Counted from the first letter of the stretch, positions 22,036 through 31,222 are shown. The stretch: 64,000 bases of DNA from an uncultured Alphaproteobacteria bacterium (GCA_963816295.1 CAWFJS010000020.1:3646-67645); one strand, 5' to 3'. The notes: generated by a model from the letters alone, not told the origin. Made by a program: numbers and translations.

Positions 22036-22403
22036 CTGTGGCTATTACCCAGAACACGGCAACTATGAAACCTATGAGCATCGCAATCCAGAGCACACTA
22101 GCTAAGAAACTTAGGATCACCATCACACCCTCTTACAGCAGGCTAATGGTCATATCGTTTGCATTATAGCTCTTAGCGCGCGTTCGCCCAAGGGTCACTG
22201 CCCAAGACCCAACACCGTCAAGGCTGTGAGGGGCGGTTCAGCTCGCTTTACGTGTCTCCTCGATTTCCGTGACTGTTATTACACCCGGAGCAGGTTGCTC
22301 GATCACCTCGACAGCGACGATTTCGACTACAGGCTGCTTATCGTGTGGCCGACAGGCTTTGGTCGATTAGTGGTATTATGACAACCTTGGAGGAGTGAGC
22401 GTC

Positions 22404-22613
22404 ATGGCTGTCACATATCGGGGCTTATATTTGGTGGGAAATAAGCGCGCCAAAACTGTCAGAGCTGTTCAAATCGTGGATGCGGCTGGCAGGCATACTA
22501 CGGTCCGGCTGTCGGAATATATTTCACGCGGGATTGAGCCGGAACACAAAACGCTGCCGTGGCAGGAAGATTTAGTGTTCAGACGCGCCGATCCGAAGTC
22601 ACAATCAAACTGA
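22404..22613 (+). CDS. hypothetical small protein
   Basis: ATG 22404 with GGAGGAG 8 nt upstream; 69 aa; followed 2 nt later by a fragment of the LPELL small-ORF family. Confidence 0.4.
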   Translation: MAVTYRGLYLVGNKRAKTVRAVQIVDAAGRHTTVRLSEYISRGIEPEHKTLPWQEDLVFRRADPKSQSN

Positions 22614-22872
22614 AGCCCGGTCGGCGATCAGCGGCTAAGCTGCTCACCAAAGATGAGGCCAGACGCATTGCGTTAGCGCAGACCGTGACGAGCAGAGCCA
22701 CGAGAAGAGTGACAAATGCAAAAGCACTCGGGCTCAAAATGTAAGCTCGCAGCTCTGAGGTTGGATATGACGCCCCGCAAAAATGACAACGCCGCGCGCC
22801 GGCCTGCACGGTAGCGGCGCAGTATCTGCAAGTGAGTTCCTGATCCACGGCAGAACACCCCTTCATCGTCAT
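22579..22872 (-). CDS. possible zinc-ribbon plus TM small protein
   Basis: MTMKGCSAVDQELTCRYCAATVQAGARRCHFCG then hydrophobic AFAFVTLLVALLVTVCA; its 3' end is antisense to repeat R1, so the extent is uncertain. Confidence 0.3.
   Translation of the reverse strand: MTMKGCSAVDQELTCRYCAATVQAGARRCHFCGASYPTSELRAYILSPSAFAFVTLLVALLVTVCANAMRLASSLVSSLAADRRPGFSLIVTSDRRV
22616..22672 (+). repeat. LPELL-family fragment R1 (5' part)
   Basis: Encodes PGRRSAAKLLTKDEARRIA, then breaks. Confidence 0.75.
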
Positions 22873-22904
22873 TATTCCACCGCGCGCGCCCGGCGTACAT
22901 CCGG

Positions 22905-22983
22905 CCAAGGCGCGGACCCTAGCGCGATGAGGCTCGGCGGATTGCGGTCAACGTGGCCAAGCTGCCGGACCTGTTGCGAAGGA
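22905..22983 (+). repeat. LPELL-family fragment R2 (3' part)
   Basis: Encodes (K)ARTLARDEARRIAVNVAKLPDLLRR with an internal stop/shift in the first codons. Confidence 0.75.
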
Positions 22984-23222
22984 CGGTGAGGCGCGAGGCT
23001 GAGGAAGATTGGAGGCGGCGCTAAGTTGATAGCCGACATAGACCGGCCTGTTTTGTTTGCCAGCTTTTTGATCTAGCGCAAATTGTCGGACGCCCCAACA
23101 GATCGCACTTTGTTCTATAGACTCAGCCGCTATGCCCGCACGCCGCTTCTTCCCGCCGCGTTGGTCGAGGAATTGGACGCCGCTTTTGCGGACACTTCGC
23201 GTTCGCAGATTACGAGATTTCA

Positions 23223-23483
23223 CTACCGTTTCTTGGGTAGTTTGTGCCCGTTCGCGGCAAAGGCTTTGCCAAAATTGGTAAGTGACCCCCCACCGGCTGG
23301 ACTCGTGTGGCATCGGCCACAAGCCAACTTCGTCTGCGCTGCGTAGGCTGGCGTCGCGGTCGCCGGCTTCGCCGCGGCCACAATGATCAGGCCACCCACC
23401 AGGATGGCGGCGCCGATGCCGGTTGCCGAATACAGGACCGCAGATGATCTAGAGTTGATGCGATTGCGGGCAGCCTCAATCAT
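23223..23483 (-). CDS. small membrane-anchored protein with a CxxCH haem-c-type motif
   Basis: AGGAG before ATG 23483; TM GIGAAILVGGLIIVAAA; ACGRCHTSPAGGGSLTNFGKAF. Confidence 0.5.
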   Translation of the reverse strand: MIEAARNRINSRSSAVLYSATGIGAAILVGGLIIVAAAKPATATPAYAAQTKLACGRCHTSPAGGGSLTNFGKAFAANGHKLPKKR

Positions 23484-23580
23484 TGGAAATTCTCCTGCTA
23501 CTAGCCCGCTCACCTATGCCTCCACAAAAATCTACTACCGCTTGTTATGCAACGGCAAACCCATAATTCTGCGAATCCTT

Positions 23581-23679
23581 TGTCGTGACGGACAGCACCG
23601 GGCAAAAGCTGGGTGCGTCTATTTCGAGGATGAGCCGGGCAGACGATCAGCGGCGAAATTGCTCACGCGGGATGAGGCG
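23581..23679 (+). repeat. LPELL-family fragment R3 (5' two-thirds)
   Basis: Encodes CRDGQHRAKAGCVYFEDEPGRRSAAKLLTRDEA, then breaks. Confidence 0.8.
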
Positions 23680-23721
23680 AATTATTTGCTAAACTGCCGC
23701 AACTTTTTCGGGAATGACTTT

Positions 23722-24120
23722 ATGAAACACCTTAGCGACGTTGTGCTTGCTTCGGCAGTGATCATTGTCGGGTCAACTGTCGCAAGCGCAGAGAAATGGT
23801 CGTGCGACATGGAGATGTCGAAAGGAAAACTATACAAACAAGAGTGGATTGTATCTGACGACAAAATGTTTGCGCCGAAAGGAAAAGGTTTCTACCGCGT
23901 AGTACTGAACGACAGCGACACATTGTTGGCATTTAAAAAAATGTGGAGCGACCCGGCGAAAGATCCGACAGTCAGCAGCTATGTGTACATCGTGATCGCA
24001 AAAAGTACCGGCGTGGTGACAGAAATTCAGGAAATGGTCGGGTTTGATTATGGTACGCGGCCCGAGCAGTGGATGCCGCCTTTGGTAACCGTCGGTCACT
24101 GTTTGATGGAGCAGCCCTAG
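23722..24120 (+). CDS. secreted hypothetical protein
   Basis: MKHLSDVVLASAVIIVGSTVASA signal peptide; 132 aa; sits between fragments R3 and R4. Confidence 0.6.
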   Translation: MKHLSDVVLASAVIIVGSTVASAEKWSCDMEMSKGKLYKQEWIVSDDKMFAPKGKGFYRVVLNDSDTLLAFKKMWSDPAKDPTVSSYVYIVIAKSTGVVTEIQEMVGFDYGTRPEQWMPPLVTVGHCLMEQP

Positions 24121-24130
24121 TACAACCCCA

Positions 24131-24250
24131 AGGCCAAGCTGCTCACCGGCGACGAGGCGCGGCGGATCGCAGTGAATATCGCGAAACTGCCAGAGTTATT
24201 GAGCCGCCATCGGACGTGGGGAGTGCGATGACGCTCGGCGGAATGCGGTA
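24131..24250 (+). repeat. LPELL-family fragments R4 (3' part) and R5a (short 5' piece)
   Basis: 24131-24204 encodes KAKLLTGDEARRIAVNIAKLPELLS; 24227-24250 encodes DDARRNAV, then breaks. Confidence 0.8.
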
Positions 24251-24320
24251 GCCGGGATTTGTTCTTCCATTGCGGTGTTTATTTAAGAGGAGAGATAGGA
24301 AACCCGAGGAGAGGCTCGTT

Positions 24321-24605
24321 GTGCTGAAAACCCTTGCGAAACTGACGTTTGGTGTCGCTGCTCTTGCGGCGGCGACGTCGTTTGGAACTTCGCCAAGCCA
24401 TGCCTATGGCGATGCCCCTTGGTGCGCAGTAATAAACATCGGGACAGGCACCGTGTACTGGGACTGCCAATACCCCACATTCGAGGCGTGCTACCATTTG
24501 GGTAACATACTCGCCGGTAATCGCGGCTTTTGCAGTTTGAACCCGTGGCCGGGACCGTCTCAGGTAGTCCCCTACAGACACCCGAAACGCCACGCGCAAT
24601 ACTAA
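24321..24605 (+). CDS. DUF3551-like small secreted Cys-rich protein
   Basis: GTG start after GAGGAGAGG; signal peptide; APWCAVINIGTGTVYWDCQYPTFEACYHLGNILAGNRGFCSLNPW pattern as I recall for DUF3551. Confidence 0.7.
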   Translation: MLKTLAKLTFGVAALAAATSFGTSPSHAYGDAPWCAVINIGTGTVYWDCQYPTFEACYHLGNILAGNRGFCSLNPWPGPSQVVPYRHPKRHAQY

Positions 24606-24610
24606 TAAAT

Positions 24611-24653
24611 GCGAAGGATTGCGGTGAATATCGCGAAGCTGCCGGAGCTATTG
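24611..24653 (+). repeat. LPELL-family fragment R5b (3' part)
   Basis: Encodes (A)RRIAVNIAKLPELL, starting 5 nt after the DUF3551 stop. Confidence 0.8.
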
Positions 24654-24717
24654 TGCAAAGATTAAAGGCACGCGAGAGCCCCAAGCGCGTCGCTCGGGGC
24701 TTTCGCTTATCCTTGTC

Positions 24718-24915
24718 TCAATTGAACACGACCGAGTAGTCAACATACTGGAAAGTGGGCAGATCCTTTGCACTTGCCATCATCGCTGACGGATCGATAG
24801 CCGAACCAGCAAGCGCGACGGTTGGGGTTCCTGTCCCGACGCCAATCCATGTTCCAACGCCTGTTAGGACCAACACAGCAACAGCAGCAGCGGCGAACAA
24901 GGTGATCTTGCGCAT
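24718..24915 (-). CDS. small secreted hypothetical protein
   Basis: MRKITLFAAAAVAVLVLTGVG signal-like N-terminus; 65 aa. Confidence 0.5.
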   Translation of the reverse strand: MRKITLFAAAAVAVLVLTGVGTWIGVGTGTPTVALAGSAIDPSAMMASAKDLPTFQYVDYSVVFN

Positions 24916-24988
24916 GTGAATTTCCCTCTGCATTCCCTACGAACTTCATCATCGTAGCTTGATCCGCAGCTTCGGTATGTGACCGGCG

Positions 24989-25334
24989 TCACCAATCGAC
25001 CGTTTTGGCATAACGCCGGACACGGCCTGGTCGTGATCCACGTTTTGAAAAGCACTTCGCTCGGAACGGTGTTGAAAGCGGACACGATCCGCGCTTTTGG
25101 AAGCCGTTTTGCAAGCTCCTCCGAGCCAGACGAAGTGTGCGCGATGATGAGTTCGTATCGCCACGGTTCATTGGTAGCGAACAGCTGACGATCACCTTGC
25201 CGGAAAGGTCGCCCGCTTGATTCAGCACGTCGTCCATGCGCGACCAGTGCACGGCGAGCAGAATGGCATCGGCGTTCTGCGCGGCCTGGGCCGGCGTGCC
25301 AGCCCGCGCCTTGCCATTGGCCTCTCGTGCGAGC
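24989..25334 (-). pseudogene. fragment of an NADP oxidoreductase (F420-dependent NpdG-like), frameshifted
   Basis: ORF 24989-25399 reads ..GKARAGTPAQAAQNADAILLAVHWSRMDDVLNQAGDLSGKVIVSCSLPMN; a second frame continues ELIIAHTSSGSEELAKRLPKARIVSAFNTVPSEVLF. Confidence 0.5.
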
Positions 25335-25874
25335 CGCAGCGCCGTCACCGACCACAGCCACGCGCCTGCCGGGACCGACCTTTGCGCGCACGGCCGCATG
25401 ATGGCCTGTCCCCATCACGTCTGAAAGCGTGAGCAGCGACGGCATCAAGGCGTCGTCAGCGCCGACCGGCAAAACAAAGAGTGTTCCGTCAGCCTGGGGG
25501 ATGCGCAAGGCCTCTGCCTGCGCTCCACCGGCCTCACCGCCAGTGCCGAAGAAGCCGCCGTGGATGCATGAGGTCTGAAGTCCCTCGTCGCAGAACATGC
25601 ATGTGCCGTCGGAGTAGGCAAAAGACATCACGACCACGTCGCCGCGCTTCACGGTGTGCACGTCGGCGCTGACGTCCTCGACCACGCCGATCGCCTCGTG
25701 GCCCATGCGGCGGCCTGTCTCGGTGGGCTCGAGCTCATTGTACGGCCATAGATCGCTCCCACAAATACAGGCGCGGGTGATGCGAATGACCGCATCAGTC
25801 GAATGCACAATAGTGGCATCGGGAATGTTCTCGATCCGAACGTCGCCGGCGCGGTACATGACAGTTGCACGCAT
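25335..25874 (-). pseudogene. N-terminal 180 codons of a zinc-dependent alcohol dehydrogenase, fused to the fragment downstream
   Basis: MRATVMYRAGDVRIENIP..CICGSDLW..GHEAIGVVEDV..CMFCDEGLQTSC.. good up to ..RRVAVVGDGAA, then unrelated sequence. Confidence 0.65.
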
Positions 25875-25891
25875 TGGATTTCCTTTCCGTT

Positions 25892-26683
25892 CTAGGATGC
25901 GGAGGAGGATTTATGGGCGAGGGCCGCGTTCAGGTCGTCACGGACCCGCTGCGGCTCGTCGTTGAGCGGCATGTTCGGCATATCGTGCACGCCGTCCAGC
26001 GCGCCTGGCGGGTCCGGGTCGAGAGGAGCGAACAGTGCGTCGAAGTCGTCTTGCGCGGGGCCGGTCGTCGCAACCAGCTCGAAGGTCTTTCGCGTCGCGC
26101 GATCGGAGATGAGGCTGCGGACCAGGACCTGGGCGATCTGACGTCGCGCGACGACGCCGTCACTCGGGTCGCCGACTTGGCGCGTATCGCCCTGCAGGAG
26201 CATGAGCCGATGCTGATCGGGACGATTGTAGTCGAACCAGCCGGGGCGCACGATCGTATAAGGCAAGCCGCTGACGCGCACGAGCCGTTCGGAGCGCCGC
26301 TTCCAGTCGTGGGCCTCGGTCGCTTGGTTATAGGCCCCGGTCCGATTGGTGACTCCGATCGCGGTCATCAGTGCGATGCGCGCCGTCCGCTTGCCGAGTG
26401 CACAGAGCACGTTGCGAACACCCCCATAATCGACGCTCTCAGCCCCAACCTTGCCGGCACCATCGGAGCCAAGGGTGAACACGACGGCATCAACACCGTC
26501 GACCGCATTCGAAAAAGTCTCGGGCCGCGTAACGTCGCCGATGACCACTCGCGCCTCAGTAGGAAGCTCGCGCGCCTTGCCGGGATTGCGCACCAGCGCA
26601 CGGACGGTGAAGCCCTGCCGGATCGCCTCCTCGACGACCAAGTGCCCAATGCTGCCGGTTGCGCCGATTACCAGCACGGTCAT
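25892..26683 (-). CDS. NAD(P)H-binding SDR/NmrA-like oxidoreductase
   Basis: MTVLVIGATGSIGHLVVEEAIRQGFTVRALVRNP Rossmann N-terminus. Confidence 0.8.
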   Translation of the reverse strand: MTVLVIGATGSIGHLVVEEAIRQGFTVRALVRNPGKARELPTEARVVIGDVTRPETFSNAVDGVDAVVFTLGSDGAGKVGAESVDYGGVRNVLCALGKRTARIALMTAIGVTNRTGAYNQATEAHDWKRRSERLVRVSGLPYTIVRPGWFDYNRPDQHRLMLLQGDTRQVGDPSDGVVARRQIAQVLVRSLISDRATRKTFELVATTGPAQDDFDALFAPLDPDPPGALDGVHDMPNMPLNDEPQRVRDDLNAALAHKSSSAS

Positions 26684-26739
26684 GCGGGAAACAGGCATCT
26701 ACGCCTCCCCGTCTTTCCTGATTAAAGTTGTAGTCATGC

Positions 26740-26976
26740 TCATGAACCGGTCACGTCGGACGAAAATTTGAGGTTGACCAAGCTGGGCATCTGGATCGCA
26801 CGGCGCGCCGCGGCTTCCCTTGCTGTTACCCGCTGATCAACGATTTCGCTTAGAACGCGGCGTAAAAGGTTTGAAACCCCGCGGCCTTCCGCGGCCGCCC
26901 ATTCGGCAATTTCGTGCCAAACGTCAGGATCAACCTCGATTGTGATCCGTTCCCGGTGTGCTCGTGTCGTTGCCAT
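26740..26976 (-). CDS. ribbon-helix-helix (CopG/Arc-like) small protein
   Basis: ERITIEVDPDVWHEIAEWAAAEGRGVSNLLRRVL strand-helix-helix pattern; next to the integrase remnant. Confidence 0.45.
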   Translation of the reverse strand: MATTRAHRERITIEVDPDVWHEIAEWAAAEGRGVSNLLRRVLSEIVDQRVTAREAAARRAIQMPSLVNLKFSSDVTGS

Positions 26977-27262
26977 GTGGCAAACCTCCTGAAAAGGAAA
27001 TCTGCCGAAATCTGACAGCGGCGAAATTTATTCGGCAACGCACTCTGACAGGGAGGTTTCAAGACAGGTTAGGCCGGCCCCACGCGAGTTTCTTGCGGCA
27101 ACAGCGCGGTTGAAAACTCGCATCCGGCCGCCACAGCGGCGCGTTTATGCGTATGGTCTACACGCATGTGCGTGGTGCCACGACGCATCGCGCCGCGCAA
27201 CGGATCGTATGTACGCGGTGGCACCACGTATCGGGTCGGGCCGGCCCCGCGCGCGTGTGAAG

Positions 27263-28475
27263 CTATTTCGCTTTTCGCAGCGGCAGCACTTTGCCGGCGC
27301 TTTTGGCCTGCGGTTGCGAACAGAATTCCGCCCAGGCATCCATGAGCCGCCGGCGCTTTTCGAACAGGTCGCCCCTCCTGTAAGCGGCTTCGACCGCGTT
27401 GCCGATCGTGTGCGCCAGGGCTTGCTCGCAAACCTCGCGTGGCGTGGCGGTGCGCTCGGCCGCCCAATCGCGGAAGGTCGAGCGGAAGCCGTGGACGCTC
27501 GCGCGCTCGCCGTAGCCCATTTTTTCAAGGAGCCGGCGCATCGACATGGCATCGACCGTCTGCGCTCTCTGACCGGGGAACAGGAAGGCGCCGCCGCCCT
27601 GGCCGGCGATCTCGGCCGCGCGCTCTGACAACGGCACGCGATGTTCCTTGCGAGCTTTCATCCGATCGGCCGGCACCGTCCAAACGACGCCGTCGATCTC
27701 CAACGGCGTGGCGCGCCGAGCCTCGTCGGCGCGCGCGGCGGTCAAGATCACAAACTCCAAGCAGCGAGCGACCTGGCCTTGCTCCTTGCGAAGCGCCGCC
27801 ATGAAGGCTGGCACATCGTCAATCGGCAACGCCGCGTGGTGTTCGACCTTCCGCGATCGCGAGGGGTTCGACAACAGCGCGTCCAAACAACCGCGCCACT
27901 TTGCCGGGTTGTCGCCGCCGCGGTAGCCGCGCACCTTGCACCAATCCAGAACCGCCTCGAGCCTGCCACGCAGCATGGTTGCCGTGGGCGTCGGCCATTT
28001 TTTCTCGAGCACGCGGACGATATGCGCGGTCGTAATGTCGCTCACAAAGAGCCGGCCGAGCTCGGGCACGGCATACTGTGTCAAGGTCTGCTCCCAGGCT
28101 TTGAAGTGCTTGGGTGTCCACTCGGCACGGTGTGCGGTGAGATATTTGTCGACCGCGTCGGAAAAGCTGATCGTGCCGTGCGCCGTGAGGATTGCGGCGG
28201 CGCGTTCTCGCTTACGGTGCTCGATCGGGTCAGTGTGCGCGCGCAACATCTGATTGCACGCATCACGTTGCGCGCGTGCCTCGGCCAGGCTCACGCGCTG
28301 CAATGAAGCCGAGCCCCATTTCGCGACGCCGGCCGGCAAACCGAAACTCGAAGATCCAACTTTTGCTGCCGGTCTCACCGACTTGCAGAAACAGTCCGCC
28401 GCCGTCCTTGAGGTAGCCGGGTGTCTTAACCGTTTCGACTTTGCGGGCCGTCAATCTATTGATCGTCTGTGCCAT
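27263..28475 (-). pseudogene. P4-type tyrosine integrase (DUF4102 arm-binding N-terminus), one frameshift
   Basis: ORF 28263-28562 contains MAQTINRLTARKVETVKTPGYLKDGGGLFLQV..REMGLG; ORF 27263-28378 continues ..SLQRVSLAEARAQRD.. to HGFRSTFRDWAAE..ALAH; frames meet near 28305-28325. Confidence 0.8.
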
Positions 28476-28577
28476 GCCATACCCCCTTCCTACCCCCCTA
28501 ATAGGCGGCTTTCGGCGAACCGCAACGGACTGATGCGGCCACAGCGCCTGTTGTATCGTCAATTTTGCAGGGGGTTA

Positions 28578-28604
28578 CGAACCGGAGCGAACCGAGGCGA
28601 ACCG
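28578..28604 (+). repeat. three phased 10-bp direct repeats CGAACCG(N3)
   Basis: CGAACCGGAG CGAACCGAGG CGAACCG at 28578, 28588, 28598; a fourth GCGAACCG at 28515-28522. Confidence 0.7.
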
Positions 28605-28605
28605 T

Positions 28606-28679
28606 TGTGCGCTGATAGGGGTAAAGCGGACATCGCAATTTGGTCGCGCCATGTCCGCTTCTGACCCAAAGCGGACATC
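28606..28679 (-). repeat. REP/BIME-like array, inverse orientation (partial B, A)
   Basis: ..GGGGTAAAGCGGACATC (28618-28634) and 28651-28678 ATGTCCGCTTCTGACCCAAAGCGGACAT. Confidence 0.85.
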
Positions 28680-28948
28680 CCTGCATTGCAGCGCGTTCGC
28701 TCCGATCATCTACTTAGAGGGACTTAGAAAACCGCGCGAGACGTTTTGGGGATCACAAGCTTCGGTTAATTGCGCGGTTATTCCCCTTCAGCGACTGAAC
28801 TTACTAATTTGTTCGCTTTTTGCACTGTGCCGATGGAACCAAATGCCTCTTGGCGCGTTTCAGCGTACGCGTCGTCGTGGCCGCATCCATTTGTCTCGGC
28901 GTGGCAGCCACCACGAGGCCCTCTCAAAAACACAATCGAGACCAGCCG

Positions 28949-29158
28949 ATGAATACCGCGGATAAATTATACAGGTTCGCCGCTGAATGTGAATTCATGG
29001 CCAAGCTCACGCATAATCCAAAGAACAAAACTATCTGGGCCCACATGGCAGAGAGATGGATACGGTGCGCTGAATTGTTTGATCGCCAAAGCTCAGCTGC
29101 GGAACCCGATGGTTCCATGAAGCGACGTCGAAAAACTACTCACCATTGGGCTCATTAA
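28949..29158 (+). CDS. hypothetical small protein
   Basis: MNTADKLYRFAAECEFMAKLTHNPKNKTIWAHMAERWIRCAELF; 69 aa. Confidence 0.45.
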   Translation: MNTADKLYRFAAECEFMAKLTHNPKNKTIWAHMAERWIRCAELFDRQSSAAEPDGSMKRRRKTTHHWAH

Positions 29159-29282
29159 TCTTTGGCGGAGCAGAGACCAAATTGAACGGTCGCGAGGAAG
29201 GGGTGGGTGAGAGTTCTTATTAAATCTCTCGGAGTCTGTGGCGTTATTGGCGAGTTGAGCGCTGCAACACGAGGAGGGAGAT

Positions 29283-29507
29283 ATGCCTATTGCTCGATAC
29301 TTCGTCGAGCGGCTAACGGGCCACAGCGATGTTTGGATGGTCAAGTTCGATGACGAAGAACACGGTCCCTACAAGAGCCAATCTGAGGCGGTACTCTTCG
29401 CGATCGATGCCGCGGAAAAACTCAACCAACACGGCGAGAAGGCGCAAGTTGTCGTTATAGGACCCACCTGGAGCTACGACCAGGACATCAGCCGCGGGGT
29501 GTGGTGA
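29283..29507 (+). CDS. hypothetical small protein
   Basis: GGAGGGAG 4 nt before the ATG; 74 aa. Confidence 0.55.
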   Translation: MPIARYFVERLTGHSDVWMVKFDDEEHGPYKSQSEAVLFAIDAAEKLNQHGEKAQVVVIGPTWSYDQDISRGVW

Positions 29508-29555
29508 GATGTGCTGGCATCCTGTGACTTTGGCATGAATCGCTGTCAGCTCGAA

Positions 29556-29581
29556 ATGTCCGTTTGACACATAGCGGACGT
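29556..29581 (+). repeat. solitary REP-like unit
   Basis: ATGTCCGTTTGACACATAGCGGACGT. Confidence 0.7.
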
Positions 29582-29756
29582 TCGTTACTGATTAAATTGC
29601 CGTCGGCCCTTAACTCACCTCCAGCGTGCATAGCATGGATGTAAAAGGTTTGGCGATGACGTTTGGTGTTCACATTTCGGTCTAAGAATTGAGGTAGTGC
29701 TTTTTGGCGGGTGAGCTTTTGGCTGGGTTCCCAACCTGTAAAGAGGGAATCAGACC

Positions 29757-30074
29757 ATGCCTAGAGAGGAGACCCGCTCAGATCGTTCGACTAATCCGGC
29801 GGGCTCAGAATTCTTCAATACGCTTCAGGAAATGCGCCGTGACTGGATGGCGCGTGTGACGGCTGAAGTCGAACTCAGTCTCAAACTGTCGAAAAAATTA
29901 ACAGACGCTCATTCAGTTCCCGACGCCGTTGCGGCTTATCAGGAATGGCTGAACGACGAGATGGGTGTGCGCGCTGAAGACGCACGTCTGCTAATGTCCA
30001 ATGGACAAAAGTTCATGGACACCACCTCTCGATTCCTATCGAGTGGCTGGACAAACGTCGGCATGACCACGTAA
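29757..30074 (+). CDS. phasin-like protein
   Basis: ..VAAYQEWLNDEMGVRAEDARLLMSNGQKFMD resembles phasin_2-type proteins (memory only). Confidence 0.6.
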   Translation: MPREETRSDRSTNPAGSEFFNTLQEMRRDWMARVTAEVELSLKLSKKLTDAHSVPDAVAAYQEWLNDEMGVRAEDARLLMSNGQKFMDTTSRFLSSGWTNVGMTT

Positions 30075-30273
30075 CGCCTGCGTGCGCATACCGGGTTGGA
30101 AAGGTACGGCGAGCAATGGCGACAATTGCTCGCGCGGTGATTATTGTCTTCGTAGTGAATAGATATCTGCGAGGTCTCGCGCGGTGGCGTAATAGTGTCC
30201 ACTGATGCGCTACGAGAAGAAAGAGGATAAGATTGAGTTGGCTGAGGGGCTTTCCCATTAGGGGAGTTCCGAG

Positions 30274-30687
30274 ATGTGCGACTACAGCCTTCACAGTATC
30301 AAATCCCGCCCCGCCAGAGTTAGCGACAAGCTAATCACGCGCGACTTTCGCACAGGCACGCGAGGATTTGCCGCGTCCGAAGACGTGAACGTAGCGGTGT
30401 GCGTCCTTCCAGGGACGGAGCTGTCTTTTGCCGACGAGATTAAGTGCTTACCGACGGGCTTGATGGCCTGGCGCGATAAAGTGATCGAGCATAAGACAGC
30501 GATCTTTCGGCAAATCAACAAAGATAAGGTCGCGGCGCATCACGATGCGTTGGAATTTCCGGATGGCCGGATCGCGCTCCTGACAACTCTGTGTGAGGGC
30601 CAGCAAGCGACCGTTCTGCAATTGCCGGCGGAACCAAAGACTGCCGTTGAAGCTCAATCACAGCGGCACGTGGCTTACATAGCCTAA
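30274..30687 (+). CDS. hypothetical protein (MCDYSL N-terminus)
   Basis: 137-aa ORF with GGGGAG upstream. Confidence 0.55.
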   Translation: MCDYSLHSIKSRPARVSDKLITRDFRTGTRGFAASEDVNVAVCVLPGTELSFADEIKCLPTGLMAWRDKVIEHKTAIFRQINKDKVAAHHDALEFPDGRIALLTTLCEGQQATVLQLPAEPKTAVEAQSQRHVAYIA

Positions 30688-30767
30688 CTGTTCGCGCCAA
30701 AAATGCGACACGGTGGCCACCTATCGACGAGTGGCCACCTTGGCAAATCGTTTGCTGATCAGAGTTC

Positions 30768-30793
30768 GTCCGGCTTTGACCCAGCGCGGACAT
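30768..30793 (-). repeat. degenerate REP unit (A class, inverse)
   Basis: GTCCGGCTTTGACCCAGCGCGGACAT. Confidence 0.5.
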
Positions 30794-30827
30794 GAGCGCG
30801 CCAAACCTACGCACTGAATGTGCTGGG

Positions 30828-31121
30828 TTAGAGCATTTTGGCGACGATCTTCAACATGTCTGTTGACGAAAAGGCCCGCAGCAATTCCGTGCGGATGTTG
30901 CCCAGTGCGCTGAGGCTCAAGTTAAGCGCCGTGGCGGAAAGCTCGTCTGGAGCTTCAATGATTATTACGATGTCGTAACGTCCTTGCGTCCAGAATATGT
31001 CCTTTACGGTCACTCCAAACGTCTCCGCCATTTGCCTGAAGGCCTCTGCTCGCTTCGGAGAATCTTTAGCGTTTTTGACGCCTTGATCGGTGAACGTGGC
31101 AAGCACGACATAGGTTGCCAT
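30828..31121 (-). CDS. GYD domain protein
   Basis: MATYVVLATFTDQGVKNAKDSPKRAEAF..FWTQGRYDIVIIIEAPD. Confidence 0.8.
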   Translation of the reverse strand: MATYVVLATFTDQGVKNAKDSPKRAEAFRQMAETFGVTVKDIFWTQGRYDIVIIIEAPDELSATALNLSLSALGNIRTELLRAFSSTDMLKIVAKML

Positions 31122-31222
31122 GGTCGTTTTCCCTAACTGTTGGGTTAGCTTGTGTTGTCGCCGGCCCACAGACAGCGCGGCGACGACTAACCCTCCTTCA
31201 TGCTCTTTGTCAGGCGCGTCAA

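Noticed and set aside
22404-24663. Integron-like cassette array
   Set aside because: There is no IntI-type integrase or attI nearby. The recurring element is a protein-coding fragment without the imperfect palindrome of attC sites, and the cassette ends share no core site.
26740-26976. Toxin-antitoxin pair built on the RHH protein
   Set aside because: No adjacent small toxin ORF lies on the same strand. The neighbouring frames are shadow ORFs.
27069-28416. Numerous overlapping ORFs on both strands across the integrase gene
   Set aside because: They are Arg/Ala/Pro-rich shadow ORFs typical of GC-rich coding DNA. Only the two frames with integrase motifs make sense.
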